Below are positions 32,031 to 41,480 of a stretch of 63,429 nt of DNA, in pieces. This stretch comes from Gammaproteobacteria bacterium (lineage in GTDB: Bacteria; Pseudomonadota; Gammaproteobacteria; SZUA-140), in contig WGFB01000009.1 in NCBI GenBank assembly GCA_015492435.1, positions 1 through 63,429 of the forward strand. The letters run 5' to 3'. A model generated the notes under the pieces. The model was not told the origin of the DNA and searched no databases. It worked only from the letters and a program-made list of their open reading frames with translations. Each line of letters opens with the position of its first letter. The stretch's first letter is position 1. Position numbers and translations under genes: made by a program.

Positions 32031-33464
32031 ATGGGCACCGAGGTAAGCAGCAGCCGTTTTTTCAAACAGGACTTCAAAACCTACGAAAAACGGTTGCGGG
32101 AGGAAACCGCTCTACTGGGCGAGTGGTTCGCCAACAATCTCTTTGCCCGCGGGCATCCCAAGGGCGGCTTCGAACTGGAAGCCTGGCTGGTAGACGGTAA
32201 CGGGGTACCCAGCCCCGTCAACGACGCCTTTCTCGAACAGGGCAGGGACCTGCTGGTGGTCCCCGAGCTGGCCAAGTTCAACATTGAAATCAACGGCAGT
32301 CCTCTTTCCCTGGAAGGCGATGCCCTGTCCCGCATGGAGGCGGAACTGCGCGACACCTGGCGCCGCTGCAACGACATTGCCGCCGCGCTCGGCGCCTCCA
32401 TGCTGATGATCGGCACCCTGCCCACGGTGCGCGACCGCGACCTCAATCTGGAAAACATGTCCAGCATGGAGCGCTACCGGGCCCTCAATGAACAGGTACT
32501 GCGCCTGCGCAGAGGAGAACCCATCGGGCTCGACATCCAGGGCTTCCAGCATCTGCGCACGGCCCACTACGACGTCATGCTGGAAGCCGCCGCCACCTCT
32601 TTCCAGATTCACCTGCAGATCGGGCAGGAGCTGTCGGTGCGCATGTACAACGCGGCGCAGATCGTTTCCGCGCCCATCGTCGCCGCGGCGGCCAACTCGC
32701 CCTTTCTGTTCGGCAGGAACCTCTGGGATGAATCGCGCATTCCCCTGTTCGAACAGGCCATCGCCGTGGGCGGTTTCGACTCCCCCGAGTGCGGCGCCCA
32801 GCAACGCGTGAACTTCGGAGTGGAATACGTGCGGGATTCCCTCTATGAGTGTTATCTCAAGAATCAGGCCTGTTTCCCCATCCTGCTGCCGGCATGCATG
32901 GACGAAGCCACCGAGAAACTGGCTCACCTGCGCCTGCACAATGGCACCATCTGGCGCTGGAACCGTCCCCTCATCGGGGTGGATGAAGGGGGTGAGAACC
33001 ATTTGCGCATCGAGCACCGCGTGGTGCCCGCCGGCCCCACCATCCGCGACAGCTTTGCCAACGCTGCGCTGTTCTTCGGCCTGGTCTACGAACTCGGCAC
33101 CCAGGCTGTGCCGCCGGAATCCCTGCTGCCCTTCGAGGAGGCGCGGCGCAATTTCTACAATGCCGCCAGGACGGGGCTGCGCGCCAAGGTGACCTGGCTC
33201 AACGGCAAGCGTGGCGCCATCCTCGACCTGTTGCTGGACGAGTTGCTGCCCCTGGCCCGGGCGGGACTGAACAAGCTGGGCCTGGATCCGGCCGAGGGCG
33301 ACTATTACCTGGGCATCATCGAGCAACGCCTGCGCAGCGGCCAGAACGGGGCCGCCTGGCAACGGGCCTACGCGGAAAAACATCAGTGCGACATGAAGGA
33401 CCTGACGTCCGCCTACCTGGAACGCCAGGAAAGCGGCAAACCGGTGCATCAATGGACACTGTGA
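32031..33464 (+). CDS. Glutamate-cysteine ligase family 2 (GCS2)-like carboxylate-amine ligase
   Basis: GFELEAWLVD, ELAKFNIEIN, ATSFQIH, HNGTIWRWNRP, HLRIEHRVVPAGPT; start 32031 (alternative 32013). Confidence 0.8.
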   Translation: MGTEVSSSRFFKQDFKTYEKRLREETALLGEWFANNLFARGHPKGGFELEAWLVDGNGVPSPVNDAFLEQGRDLLVVPELAKFNIEINGSPLSLEGDALSRMEAELRDTWRRCNDIAAALGASMLMIGTLPTVRDRDLNLENMSSMERYRALNEQVLRLRRGEPIGLDIQGFQHLRTAHYDVMLEAAATSFQIHLQIGQELSVRMYNAAQIVSAPIVAAAANSPFLFGRNLWDESRIPLFEQAIAVGGFDSPECGAQQRVNFGVEYVRDSLYECYLKNQACFPILLPACMDEATEKLAHLRLHNGTIWRWNRPLIGVDEGGENHLRIEHRVVPAGPTIRDSFANAALFFGLVYELGTQAVPPESLLPFEEARRNFYNAARTGLRAKVTWLNGKRGAILDLLLDELLPLARAGLNKLGLDPAEGDYYLGIIEQRLRSGQNGAAWQRAYAEKHQCDMKDLTSAYLERQESGKPVHQWTL

Positions 33465-34492
33465 CCGGGCTGCCCATGCTGACCATCCTGGATGCCTTGC
33501 CCGGGGGATTTCTGAATTGCGAACCCACCCGCCTGCACACCATTCTCTCCGGCCCTACGCTCATCCACCTGGAGGGCCGGCGCTCGCCACCCGTGTTCGT
33601 CTCCATCCTGCTCCACGGCAATGAATACACGGGCCTGCTGGCGGTGCAAAAACTGCTGCGCCGCTATCAGGGGCGCGGGCTGCCGCGCGACCTGTCGATC
33701 TTCGTGGGCAACGTCGCGGCGGCGCGGTTCGGCCTGCGCCGCCTCGATCATCAACCCGACTACAACCGCATCTGGCAAGGCAACGGCACACCCGAGCATG
33801 ACGCCGTGCAACGCGTGGTCGAGGAAATGGCGCAACGCAAGGTGGTGGCCAGCATCGATATCCACAACAACACCGGCCACAATCCTCACTATGCCTGCAT
33901 CAACCGCCTCGACCACCGCTTTCTCCATCTGGCGGCCCTGTTCAACCGCACCGTGGTCTACTTCACCAAGCCGGAAGGGGTGCAGTCGGCGGCCTTCGCC
34001 CGGCTGTGCCCGGCGGTCACCCTGGAATGCGGGCGGCCGGGGGAACCGCGTGGCATCGAGCACGCCTTCCGCTATCTGGACGCCGCTCTCAACTTGTCCG
34101 AGTTTCCAGCCCACCCGGTCGTGCCGGGAGACATCGACCTGTTTCACACCGTTGCCATTGTCAAGATTCCCCGCGACATCTCCTTCGGCTTCGGCGACAC
34201 GTCCACGGATATCCGCTTCATCGAGGATCTCGACCGCCTCAATTTCTCGGAACTCCCCGCCGGCACCTGCCTGGCCCATACCGACCCCAACAAGCGCGCG
34301 CGCCTGGATGTGCGCGACGAACGGGGCGAGGAAGTCAGTAGCGCCTATTTCACTTTCGACGATCAAAGGATCTGTACCCGCACCGAAGTCATGCCCGCCA
34401 TGCTCACCCTGAACCCGCAGGTGATCCGTCAGGACTGCCTGTGCTATCTTATGGAACGCCTGCCCGTACCCGAGGCGTCTCAACATTATTAA
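33452..34492 (+). CDS. M14-family metallo-hydrolase (succinylglutamate desuccinylase/aspartoacylase-like)
   Basis: LLHGNE (HxxE), DYNR, IDIHN, TLECG; overlaps upstream ligase stop. Confidence 0.8.
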   Translation: MDTVTGLPMLTILDALPGGFLNCEPTRLHTILSGPTLIHLEGRRSPPVFVSILLHGNEYTGLLAVQKLLRRYQGRGLPRDLSIFVGNVAAARFGLRRLDHQPDYNRIWQGNGTPEHDAVQRVVEEMAQRKVVASIDIHNNTGHNPHYACINRLDHRFLHLAALFNRTVVYFTKPEGVQSAAFARLCPAVTLECGRPGEPRGIEHAFRYLDAALNLSEFPAHPVVPGDIDLFHTVAIVKIPRDISFGFGDTSTDIRFIEDLDRLNFSELPAGTCLAHTDPNKRARLDVRDERGEEVSSAYFTFDDQRICTRTEVMPAMLTLNPQVIRQDCLCYLMERLPVPEASQHY

Positions 34493-34629
34493 CACGGCAA
34501 CAATATATGTCGTGTTCAGCGCTTCAGGCCCGTGCGGGATCAAGGCGCGGCCCGCGGGGAACGCCGAGCCCGTGCGGGCCTGAGGCGCCTAACGAATTGA
34601 TTTGAAAAAGGCAGGTTGCCGGGTTAATA
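34487..34629. mobile_element. Element family D, complete copy (about 139 bp plus TA flanks; IS630/Tc1-mariner-like end structure)
   Basis: TA-TTAACACGGCAAC ... GTTGCCGGGTTAA-TA; internal hairpin GCGCTTCAGGCCCG / CGGGCCTGAGGCGC. Confidence 0.75.
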
Positions 34630-34653
34630 GTCCCGCGATTCCCGACGTACATC

Positions 34654-35787
34654 ATGGCCAGAAACACCCGCACGGAAAATCAGCTGCTGCGCCGCAAACT
34701 GGAAGACTTCATGGCGCAGGCGCGCCAGAACGAGCGCAAGCTGCGGCGCTTCCAGTCCCTGGAGCTTCATCTCATCGGGCTCCATTCACTCTATGACCTC
34801 ATCAAGGCCATACTTTACCCGGATTACGCCACTTTCAAGTGGGACATGGTCACCCTCGTGCTGCTGGACCCGGAATACGAGATTCAACGCATTCTCGAAG
34901 AAGCCCATATCGATCTGGAACAACATCCCACTCTCATGTTCGCCTCAGAACCCGCGGAACTGGAAACCCTCTATCCCCATTCCCTGTTTCCCACCCTGAG
35001 CGCCTACCGCCCGCGCCAGCATGCGCGCCTGTTCGTCCCGGGGTCGCCCCGCCCCGCCAGCGTGGCCCTGCTGCCCCTGGTGCGCCACGGCAGGCTCATC
35101 GGCAGCCTCAACATCGGCAGCCACACCGATACCCGCTTCATTAAGGGCGTACGCACGGATTTCTTCGAACACCTGGGCGGCGTGGTGGCCATCTGCCTGG
35201 AAAATGCCGTCAACCACGAACGCCTCAAACGCCAGGGCCTGACCGACACCCTCACGGCCGTCAACAACCGCCGGTTCTTCGATCAGCGCCTGGGCGAGGA
35301 AGTAGCCCACGCCATCCGTGAGCAACAGCCCCTTTCGTGCCTGCTGCTGGACATCGACCATTTCAAACAGATCAACGACCGTTACGGCCACCAGATGGGA
35401 GATCGCGTGTTGATGGAAGTGGCATCCCTGATACGCGCCCAGATGCGCGGCAACGACGTACTGGCGCGCTATGGCGGCGAGGAATTCGCGGCGCTGCTGT
35501 CTCAAACGTGCAATGCCGCGGCCATGGAAGTGGCGGAACGCATACGCGGCAGCATTGCCGCGCGCGGCTTCGGCCTGGAACGGGACGCACCCGGCTTCGG
35601 CGTCACCATTTCCATCGGCATCGCCACCCTCGATCCCGGCTCCCTGGACCAGACCCATCCCGTAAGCGGTGAGTTTCTCGTCGGACAAGCCGACAAGGCC
35701 CTCTATGACGCCAAGGCGGGGGGCAGAAACCGGGTCATTTCATCCGGCAACATGCAGTTAGACGGTGAATGGCTGGTGGCGGGCTGA
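34654..35787 (+). CDS. Diguanylate cyclase with N-terminal DUF484/GAF-like domain
   Basis: DTLT...NRR, DIDHFKQINDRYGH..GD, RGND I-site (RxxD), RYGGEEF. Confidence 0.9.
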   Translation: MARNTRTENQLLRRKLEDFMAQARQNERKLRRFQSLELHLIGLHSLYDLIKAILYPDYATFKWDMVTLVLLDPEYEIQRILEEAHIDLEQHPTLMFASEPAELETLYPHSLFPTLSAYRPRQHARLFVPGSPRPASVALLPLVRHGRLIGSLNIGSHTDTRFIKGVRTDFFEHLGGVVAICLENAVNHERLKRQGLTDTLTAVNNRRFFDQRLGEEVAHAIREQQPLSCLLLDIDHFKQINDRYGHQMGDRVLMEVASLIRAQMRGNDVLARYGGEEFAALLSQTCNAAAMEVAERIRGSIAARGFGLERDAPGFGVTISIGIATLDPGSLDQTHPVSGEFLVGQADKALYDAKAGGRNRVISSGNMQLDGEWLVAG

Positions 35788-35875
35788 GGCGCATTCGAAT
35801 TCAGGGGGAAGCGAGGGTCGATATGAGTGCCCCCGGCACCACGGCAAGGCGACCCGAACCCGTGCCGCGTGGCAG

Positions 35876-37093
35876 TCAGATGCCCGTCCAGCGCGCCAGC
35901 CGCGGCAGATCGCCCTTCAGCCCCATGGCCTGGCGGATGAGTCCCTGCTTCACCGGGCTTTCGATATTGGCCAGCCTGAGGCCCGTATTGCGCAGCAGGC
36001 GCAGGGGCAGGGAGGGCGAGCCAAAGAGACGCTTGAAACCATCCATGGCCGACATGGTCAGCAGATTGTCCCCCTTGCGCCAGCGCTCGTAGCGGCGCAG
36101 CACGCCCTGGGAATAGAAGGGCCGGTCCTGGGCCAGGGCGTCCAGCAGGACCTCGGACAAGGCGGCCGCATCGAGAAAACCGAGGTTCACTCCCTGCCCC
36201 GCCAGTGGGTGAATCATATGGGCGGCGTCCCCCACCAGGGCGCGGCGCGGGGCGATGTAGCGGGTGCTGTGCCGCAGGCGCAGGGGAAACGCGGCACGCG
36301 GCCCCGTCCCCGAAATCTCCCCCAGCCGGTACTCGAAGGCTTCGCCCAGGGCCCGGCAGAAGGCCTGGTCATCCAGAGCCAGCAGTTCGTCGGCATGACC
36401 AGGGGCGGTGGACCAGACGATGGAGCTGCGCCCGTCGCGCAGCGGGAGAAAGGCGAGGGGGCCATCGGGCATGAAACGCTGCCAGGCCGTCTCCTGATGG
36501 GGCTTGCGGGTGGCGACGGTGGCCACCACCGCCTTCTGCTCATAGGCCCAGCCCCGCGTGGCGATGCCCGCCTGCTGGCGCACCCGGGAATTGCCGCCAT
36601 CGGCGCCCACCACCAGGGCGGCGCCAATGGCGTCTTCGTCCTCGAGACGCACGCATACCTGCTCCGCCTCGTCCTCGATGGTGGTGATGCGGGCGGGACA
36701 GATCAGCTCGATGTTGTCGAAGGCCTTCATGCGCTCCAGCAAGGCGCGCTGAATGACGCGGTTCTCGATGATATGGCCCAGCCACGGCTCGCCGACGGAG
36801 GCGCAGTCGAAATGAATGGCGCCATTGCCCGTGGCGTCCCACACGTGCATCTCGTAATAGGGGCTGACCCCCAGCGCCACCATGCGCTCCCAGGCATCCA
36901 GCGCCATGAAGATCTGCTGGGAGGCGGCGGAGATGGCCGACACGCGCAGGTCCACGCTGTCCCTGGGCCAGCGGGTCTTGGGACGCTGCGCCTCGATGAC
37001 GGCCACCCGGTAACGGCTGCCGCCCAGCATGCAGGCCAGGGCGGCGCCCACCATGCCGGCGCCGACGATGACGATGTCGTAGTGGCGGCTCAT
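35876..37093 (-). CDS. ubiI: FAD-dependent ubiquinone hydroxylase (UbiI/VisC-like)
   Basis: GAGMVG, RVSAIS, ALVGDAAHMIHPLAGQGVNLG; ATGA overlap with ubiH; start at 37093. Confidence 0.85.
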   Translation of the reverse strand: MSRHYDIVIVGAGMVGAALACMLGGSRYRVAVIEAQRPKTRWPRDSVDLRVSAISAASQQIFMALDAWERMVALGVSPYYEMHVWDATGNGAIHFDCASVGEPWLGHIIENRVIQRALLERMKAFDNIELICPARITTIEDEAEQVCVRLEDEDAIGAALVVGADGGNSRVRQQAGIATRGWAYEQKAVVATVATRKPHQETAWQRFMPDGPLAFLPLRDGRSSIVWSTAPGHADELLALDDQAFCRALGEAFEYRLGEISGTGPRAAFPLRLRHSTRYIAPRRALVGDAAHMIHPLAGQGVNLGFLDAAALSEVLLDALAQDRPFYSQGVLRRYERWRKGDNLLTMSAMDGFKRLFGSPSLPLRLLRNTGLRLANIESPVKQGLIRQAMGLKGDLPRLARWTGI

Positions 37094-38337
37094 GCCCCGT
37101 CCCCGCCCGGAATGGGCAGGCCGCGCGCCAGGCGTGGCAGGCGCCCGGCCAGCCCCATGGCCTGGCGCATCATGAGCCGCTTGGCGGGCGCCACGCGGTC
37201 GAGCACCAGCAGCCCCAGGTTGCGCCCCACCACCACGGGCGGCAGGGTGGTGCTGAACAGGCGCACCAGCCCGTCGGTGAGGCGCGCCACCCTGTTCTGG
37301 TCCGCCCGCCGCCAGGCATTGTAGCGCCTCAGCACCCGCGCGGCGCCGATGTCCCCGCCGGCCAGCCGGGCCTGGGCGATCACTTCGGCCAGAACCGCCA
37401 CGTCCCGGATGCCCAGGTTGAAACCCTGCCCGGCGACGGGATGCAGGGTATGGGCGGCGTTGCCGATGAGGGCCAGGCGCGGTGTGTCCGCGGGTTCGGC
37501 CATCACCAGCGCCAGGGGATAGGCGCTGCGCCGCCCGGTCTTCCGCAGCTCGCCGAGGCGATATCCGAAACGCGCCTGGAGGCGCGCCAGAAAAGACGCG
37601 TCGTCCAGGGCCAGCAATGCCTCTTCCTCTCCCTGGTTCACGGTCCACACCAGGGAGCAGCGGTTATCGCTCATGGGCAGCATGGCCAGGGGACCGCTGT
37701 CGGTGAACCGTTCGTAGGCGACACCGCGGTGGGGGCGGCCCGGGGTGACATTGGCGATCACGGCGCACTGGCCGTAGTCCCAGCGGCGGGTGCCGATGCC
37801 CGCCAGTTCCCTCACCTGTGAACGACCGCCATCGGCGCCGACGAGCAGCCGCGCCGTGAACTGCCTTTTCCCGCCTTCCATGGCGATCTGCACGCAGGCC
37901 CGGCCGGCGTCCGTCTCCAGCCCTTCCAGCTCCGCGGGACACAGCAAATCAACGTCGTCCAGCGCCTTGAGGCGCGCGGCGAACAGCTTGCCCAGTTCGC
38001 GGTTTTCCACCACGTAACCCAGGGCGTCGTAGCCGTGGCGGGCGGCGTCCATCCTCAGCATGCCGAAGTGGCCGCGGTCCGATACGTGAATCTTCCTGAT
38101 GGGCGTCACGGAGGCGGCCAGTTCGTCCCACAGGCCCATGGCGGAAAAGATGCGGCGGCTGCCATAGGCCAGGGCGATGCTGCGGTCGTCATAACTGGGC
38201 TGGGAGGCGGCGCGCAGGGGCACGGCCTCCACGACGGCGATGCGCAGGCCGCGCCCGCCCAGGGCGCAGGCCAGGCTGGCGCCCACCATGCCGCCGCCGA
38301 CGATGATCAGGTCGTAGTCGTATTCCATTTCAGCCAT
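37090..38337 (-). CDS. ubiH: 2-octaprenyl-6-methoxyphenol hydroxylase
   Basis: GGGMVG, DDRSIAL, AYERFT..GP.A.LP, GNAAHTLHPVAGQGFNLG; follows pepP. Confidence 0.9.
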   Translation of the reverse strand: MAEMEYDYDLIIVGGGMVGASLACALGGRGLRIAVVEAVPLRAASQPSYDDRSIALAYGSRRIFSAMGLWDELAASVTPIRKIHVSDRGHFGMLRMDAARHGYDALGYVVENRELGKLFAARLKALDDVDLLCPAELEGLETDAGRACVQIAMEGGKRQFTARLLVGADGGRSQVRELAGIGTRRWDYGQCAVIANVTPGRPHRGVAYERFTDSGPLAMLPMSDNRCSLVWTVNQGEEEALLALDDASFLARLQARFGYRLGELRKTGRRSAYPLALVMAEPADTPRLALIGNAAHTLHPVAGQGFNLGIRDVAVLAEVIAQARLAGGDIGAARVLRRYNAWRRADQNRVARLTDGLVRLFSTTLPPVVVGRNLGLLVLDRVAPAKRLMMRQAMGLAGRLPRLARGLPIPGGDGA

Positions 38338-39631
38338 TCATCAAGGCCTCGATTTCCTCAACGGACTTGGGCACGTCCTTGCTGAGCACATCGCACCCAT
38401 GGCGCGTCACCAGTACATCGTCCTCGATGCGCACGCCGATGTTCCACCATTTCTTCGCCACGCCCTTGCTGCCGGCCGGGATATAGAGGCCCGGCTCCAC
38501 CGTCATCACCATGCCGGGCTCCAGCATGCGCCACGTCTCCCCCACCTTGTAGTCGCCCACGTCGTGCACATCCATGCCCAGCCAGTGCCCGGTGCGGTGC
38601 ATGAAGAAACGCCTGTAGGCGCCCTTCTTGATAAGCGTGCGCTGGTCGCCCCTGAGCAGGCCCAGCTTGCGCAGGCCACGGGTCAATACGCGCACCGCCG
38701 CCTGATGGGGGTCCATCCAGTGATTGCCCGGGCGGATCTTGTCGATGGCGGCAAGTTGCGCCTCCAGCACCAGTTCGTAGATGAGGCGTTGCGGCTCGCT
38801 GAAACGGCCATTGACCGGAAAGGTGCGGGTGATGTCGGCGGCATAACACTCCAGCTCGGCGCCCGCATCGATCAACAACAGGTCACCGTCCTGCAGCTGG
38901 GCCCTGTTGTCCGTGTAATGGAGGACGCAGGCATTGGCACCCCCGCCGACGATGGGCGGATAGGCGGTGTGCCGGCAGCCGTTGCGCATGAACACGTGAA
39001 GCAGTTCCGCCTCGATCTCATACTCCCACATGCCCGGCCTGCAGACCTGCATGGCGCGCACATGGGCCTGCGCCGAGATCTTCGCCGCGCGGCGCATGAG
39101 GGTGATCTCCTTGCGGCTCTTGAACAGGCGCATTTCGTGCAGCAGGTGTTCCAGGGACACGATCTCCCCGGGGACATGGACGCCGGCGCGGGACTTCTGA
39201 CGAATCTGTTTCAGCCACTCGGGAATCTTCTGGTCGTATTCGGGACTGCCGCCCATGGTGTAATAGACCTTTTCCCGGTTCTCCAGCAATCCCGGCAGGA
39301 TCTCGTCGATGTCCGAAATGGGAAAGGCGTCATCGGCGCCGAAAACCGTCTTGGCCCCTTCCGGGCCGTGGCGTGGCCCCGTCCACAGTTCCAGCTCGGG
39401 ATCCCGCGCCTGGCAGAAGAGGATGTAACTGCCCTGGGGCCTGCCGGGGATGAGCACCAGTACGGCCTGGGGTTCGGAGAAACCCGTCAGGTAGTAAAAA
39501 TCGCTGTCGGGGCGGTAGGGATATTCGATATCCCGGTTGCGCGTGGCGACGGGCATGGTGGGCAGGATGGCGATCCCGTCCCGCCCCATCATGTGCATCA
39601 GGCGCTTGCGGCGCCGGGCGAATTCCTTCAT
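38330..39631 (-). CDS. pepP: Xaa-Pro aminopeptidase
   Basis: DSDFYYLTGF, LLIDAG...DITRTFP, HWLGMDVHDVG, TVEPGLY, RIEDD. Confidence 0.95.
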   Translation of the reverse strand: MKEFARRRKRLMHMMGRDGIAILPTMPVATRNRDIEYPYRPDSDFYYLTGFSEPQAVLVLIPGRPQGSYILFCQARDPELELWTGPRHGPEGAKTVFGADDAFPISDIDEILPGLLENREKVYYTMGGSPEYDQKIPEWLKQIRQKSRAGVHVPGEIVSLEHLLHEMRLFKSRKEITLMRRAAKISAQAHVRAMQVCRPGMWEYEIEAELLHVFMRNGCRHTAYPPIVGGGANACVLHYTDNRAQLQDGDLLLIDAGAELECYAADITRTFPVNGRFSEPQRLIYELVLEAQLAAIDKIRPGNHWMDPHQAAVRVLTRGLRKLGLLRGDQRTLIKKGAYRRFFMHRTGHWLGMDVHDVGDYKVGETWRMLEPGMVMTVEPGLYIPAGSKGVAKKWWNIGVRIEDDVLVTRHGCDVLSKDVPKSVEEIEALMNG

Positions 39632-39632
39632 C

Positions 39633-40220
39633 TCAATGCAATACCTTGTCGTCGTTCTGCTCACGTTCCGCCTGCAACTCTTCGTGGATCAGCATGACGC
39701 CGACACGCACATATTCCGCCAACTCCATGAAGGAGGCCTCGTCGAGGTCCTCGTCCTCATCCACTTCCTCATCATCATGATAAACCCGGGAAATTTCAAT
39801 CATGTCCCTGACAATCTCCTCTACGTTGCCGGGCGCCTCCCCAGTATTCTCCAGCCCTCCCGCAGCCAGGCCATAGAGAAAACCCTTGCTCCAGTCCGCA
39901 AGCGCCTGGGTGCGCACGGACAGCGGCTGCTCGTCGTCAGGCAACAGGAGGCGGAATCCGAATTCGGCATCGCGAATCTGCAGCAGGGTTTCCTTATATA
40001 ATTGGTGCAAAATGACCTGCTCCTGACCCTGCCCGGCGTTTTCTTCCGGAACCAGTAAATGTTCCACCGGCCCCTCAAGCAGATGCCCCAGCCATGCCTC
40101 CTGACTCACTGTCCGCCGGGTGCAGATCAGGCCGCAGAGCAGCCCGTGCGCTTCCGCCGTTTCCTGGGCAAGGCCCAGGCGGCGGAAGGCAATATTGACT
40201 TGGGTATAATCCATTCTCAT
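39633..40220 (-). CDS. UPF0149 (YgfB) family protein
   Basis: AEAHGLLCG, F.LLLPDDE..L..R..AL..W..GFL.G, ELAEYVRV; upstream of pepP. Confidence 0.9.
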   Translation of the reverse strand: MRMDYTQVNIAFRRLGLAQETAEAHGLLCGLICTRRTVSQEAWLGHLLEGPVEHLLVPEENAGQGQEQVILHQLYKETLLQIRDAEFGFRLLLPDDEQPLSVRTQALADWSKGFLYGLAAGGLENTGEAPGNVEEIVRDMIEISRVYHDDEEVDEDEDLDEASFMELAEYVRVGVMLIHEELQAEREQNDDKVLH

Positions 40221-40274
40221 GGCGGGCCCGGTTCAACGCTGAACTGTTCATCATAAACCATCGTATGCGCCACG

Positions 40275-40472
40275 TTAACCCGACTGTTGCATAAATTGCG
40301 AGTGCCATGCGAGGATAACACCTTGTTTCATACGCCCTTCCGGTGGTGACGACTCCTGGCGTTGGCGTCACGCCAGGTTTTATCCAACCGCAGGCCCACA
40401 AGGAAGGCAAAAGATACAAGGTACAAGATACAAAAGGCCGCTTCCCTTGCATCTTGTACCTATCACATTCCC
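40275..40472 (+). repeat. Composite repeat family C, copy 4 (longest)
   Basis: TTAACCCGACTGTTGCAT + AACACCTTGTTTCATACGCCCT + GTGACGACTCCTGGCGTTGGCGTCACGCCAGGTTTTATCC + heptamer hairpin + TATCACATTCCCA. Confidence 0.85.
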
Positions 40473-40649
40473 ATATGTGCTGTTCTAGAGGCGGCGGTTG
40501 CACCTTCAACCGCCTCCGGGTGGACTTCATGCGCGGGAGAACCCGCCATTTCCGCACTCTCCTGGCCGGCACCTGCTGAAACCGGGGGTTGTCGTACCAC
40601 CGGGCCAGCCCATCACCTGTAAAGATTGCCCCCTTCTGGGAATCCACCA

Positions 40650-40678
40650 TTGACCGAAAAAAGGTGGCGAACTATAGT
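40650..40678 (+). promoter_or_regulatory. Sigma-70 promoter, probably leaderless, for TIGR02449-zapA
   Basis: TTGACC-N17-TATAGT, 6 nt before ATG 40685; no Shine-Dalgarno. Confidence 0.65.
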
Positions 40679-40684
40679 TAAGTC

Positions 40685-40909
40685 ATGAGCACACAAGACA
40701 AGAATCCCTTGGATATCGAAAAACTCACGGCAAGCGTCGAAGAACTGTTGCAGCTCTGCGAAACCCTGATGGAGGAAAATGAGCGGCTGAGAAAACAGAA
40801 TCGGCAGTTGTTGAGGGAGAAAAATGCCCTGAACGAAAAGAATCAGCTTTCCCAGTCCAAAATTTCGAGCATGATCACGCGCCTGAAAACCCTCGAAGTC
40901 GAGCTATGA
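40685..40909 (+). CDS. TIGR02449-family / ZapB-like coiled-coil protein
   Basis: Heptad pattern; ends KI..MITRLK.LE; directly upstream of zapA. Confidence 0.85.
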   Translation: MSTQDKNPLDIEKLTASVEELLQLCETLMEENERLRKQNRQLLREKNALNEKNQLSQSKISSMITRLKTLEVEL

Positions 40910-41226
40910 GCACCGAAAGCCCCTCACCTGTAACCATCAATATCCTGGACAAGGAATACAGGGTTTCCTGTGCGCCGGGTGAGCGCGACGCCCTGGTGAA
41001 TTCAGCCAGCTTCCTGAACGGCAAAATGAAGGAAGTGCGTGACACGGGCAAGGTCATCGGCATGGACAGAATCTCCATCATGGCGGCGCTGAACATCACC
41101 CACGACCTGCTGAAATATAAAGGGCAGGTGGATAATTTTGAACTACACACAGCGCCCAGGCTGAGGGCATTGCAGCTCAAGATTGATACCATGCTGGACA
41201 AGGGCAGACAACTGGAACTCGGCTGA
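40906..41226 (+). CDS. zapA: Cell division protein ZapA
   Basis: INILDKEYRVSC..E...L..A..L..KM...G.DRI.IMAALNI. Confidence 0.92.
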   Translation: MSTESPSPVTINILDKEYRVSCAPGERDALVNSASFLNGKMKEVRDTGKVIGMDRISIMAALNITHDLLKYKGQVDNFELHTAPRLRALQLKIDTMLDKGRQLELG

Positions 41227-41266
41227 CCCGCCCCGCGAAAGCGCGGGACGAATGATTTTCTGATAT

Positions 41267-41456
41267 GGGCATACCCTGTAACGCCCGTTAGTGAACTGGA
41301 AAATACTCTTGAGCCTAATAAACTGCCCAGGGGACAGAGTATTGATATTATTGAGCAGGCCCGCGAAGGGCGGGAAGCCTACGATATCATCAATGTTCCC
41401 ACCTGAACCTCTGGTTCAAGGGCGAAGGTTCACGACGACGAGTATGGGGAATGCCC
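41267..41456 (+). ncRNA. ssrS: 6S RNA
   Basis: Between zapA and ygfA; ends GGGCAT / ATGCCC pair; TTGAGCC and CCACCTGAAC..GGTTCAAGGGC motifs resembling gammaproteobacterial 6S; boundaries approximate. Confidence 0.85.
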
Positions 41457-41480
41457 TCCTCTTTCCTCCCCGGGCCGTGC

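Noticed and set aside
34513-34593. Hairpin with GTTCAGC...GCCTAAC ends resembling an integron attC site
   Set aside because: Core sites are in the wrong order (attC runs RYYYAAC...GTTRRRY), no integrase nearby, and it is better explained as the interior of element D
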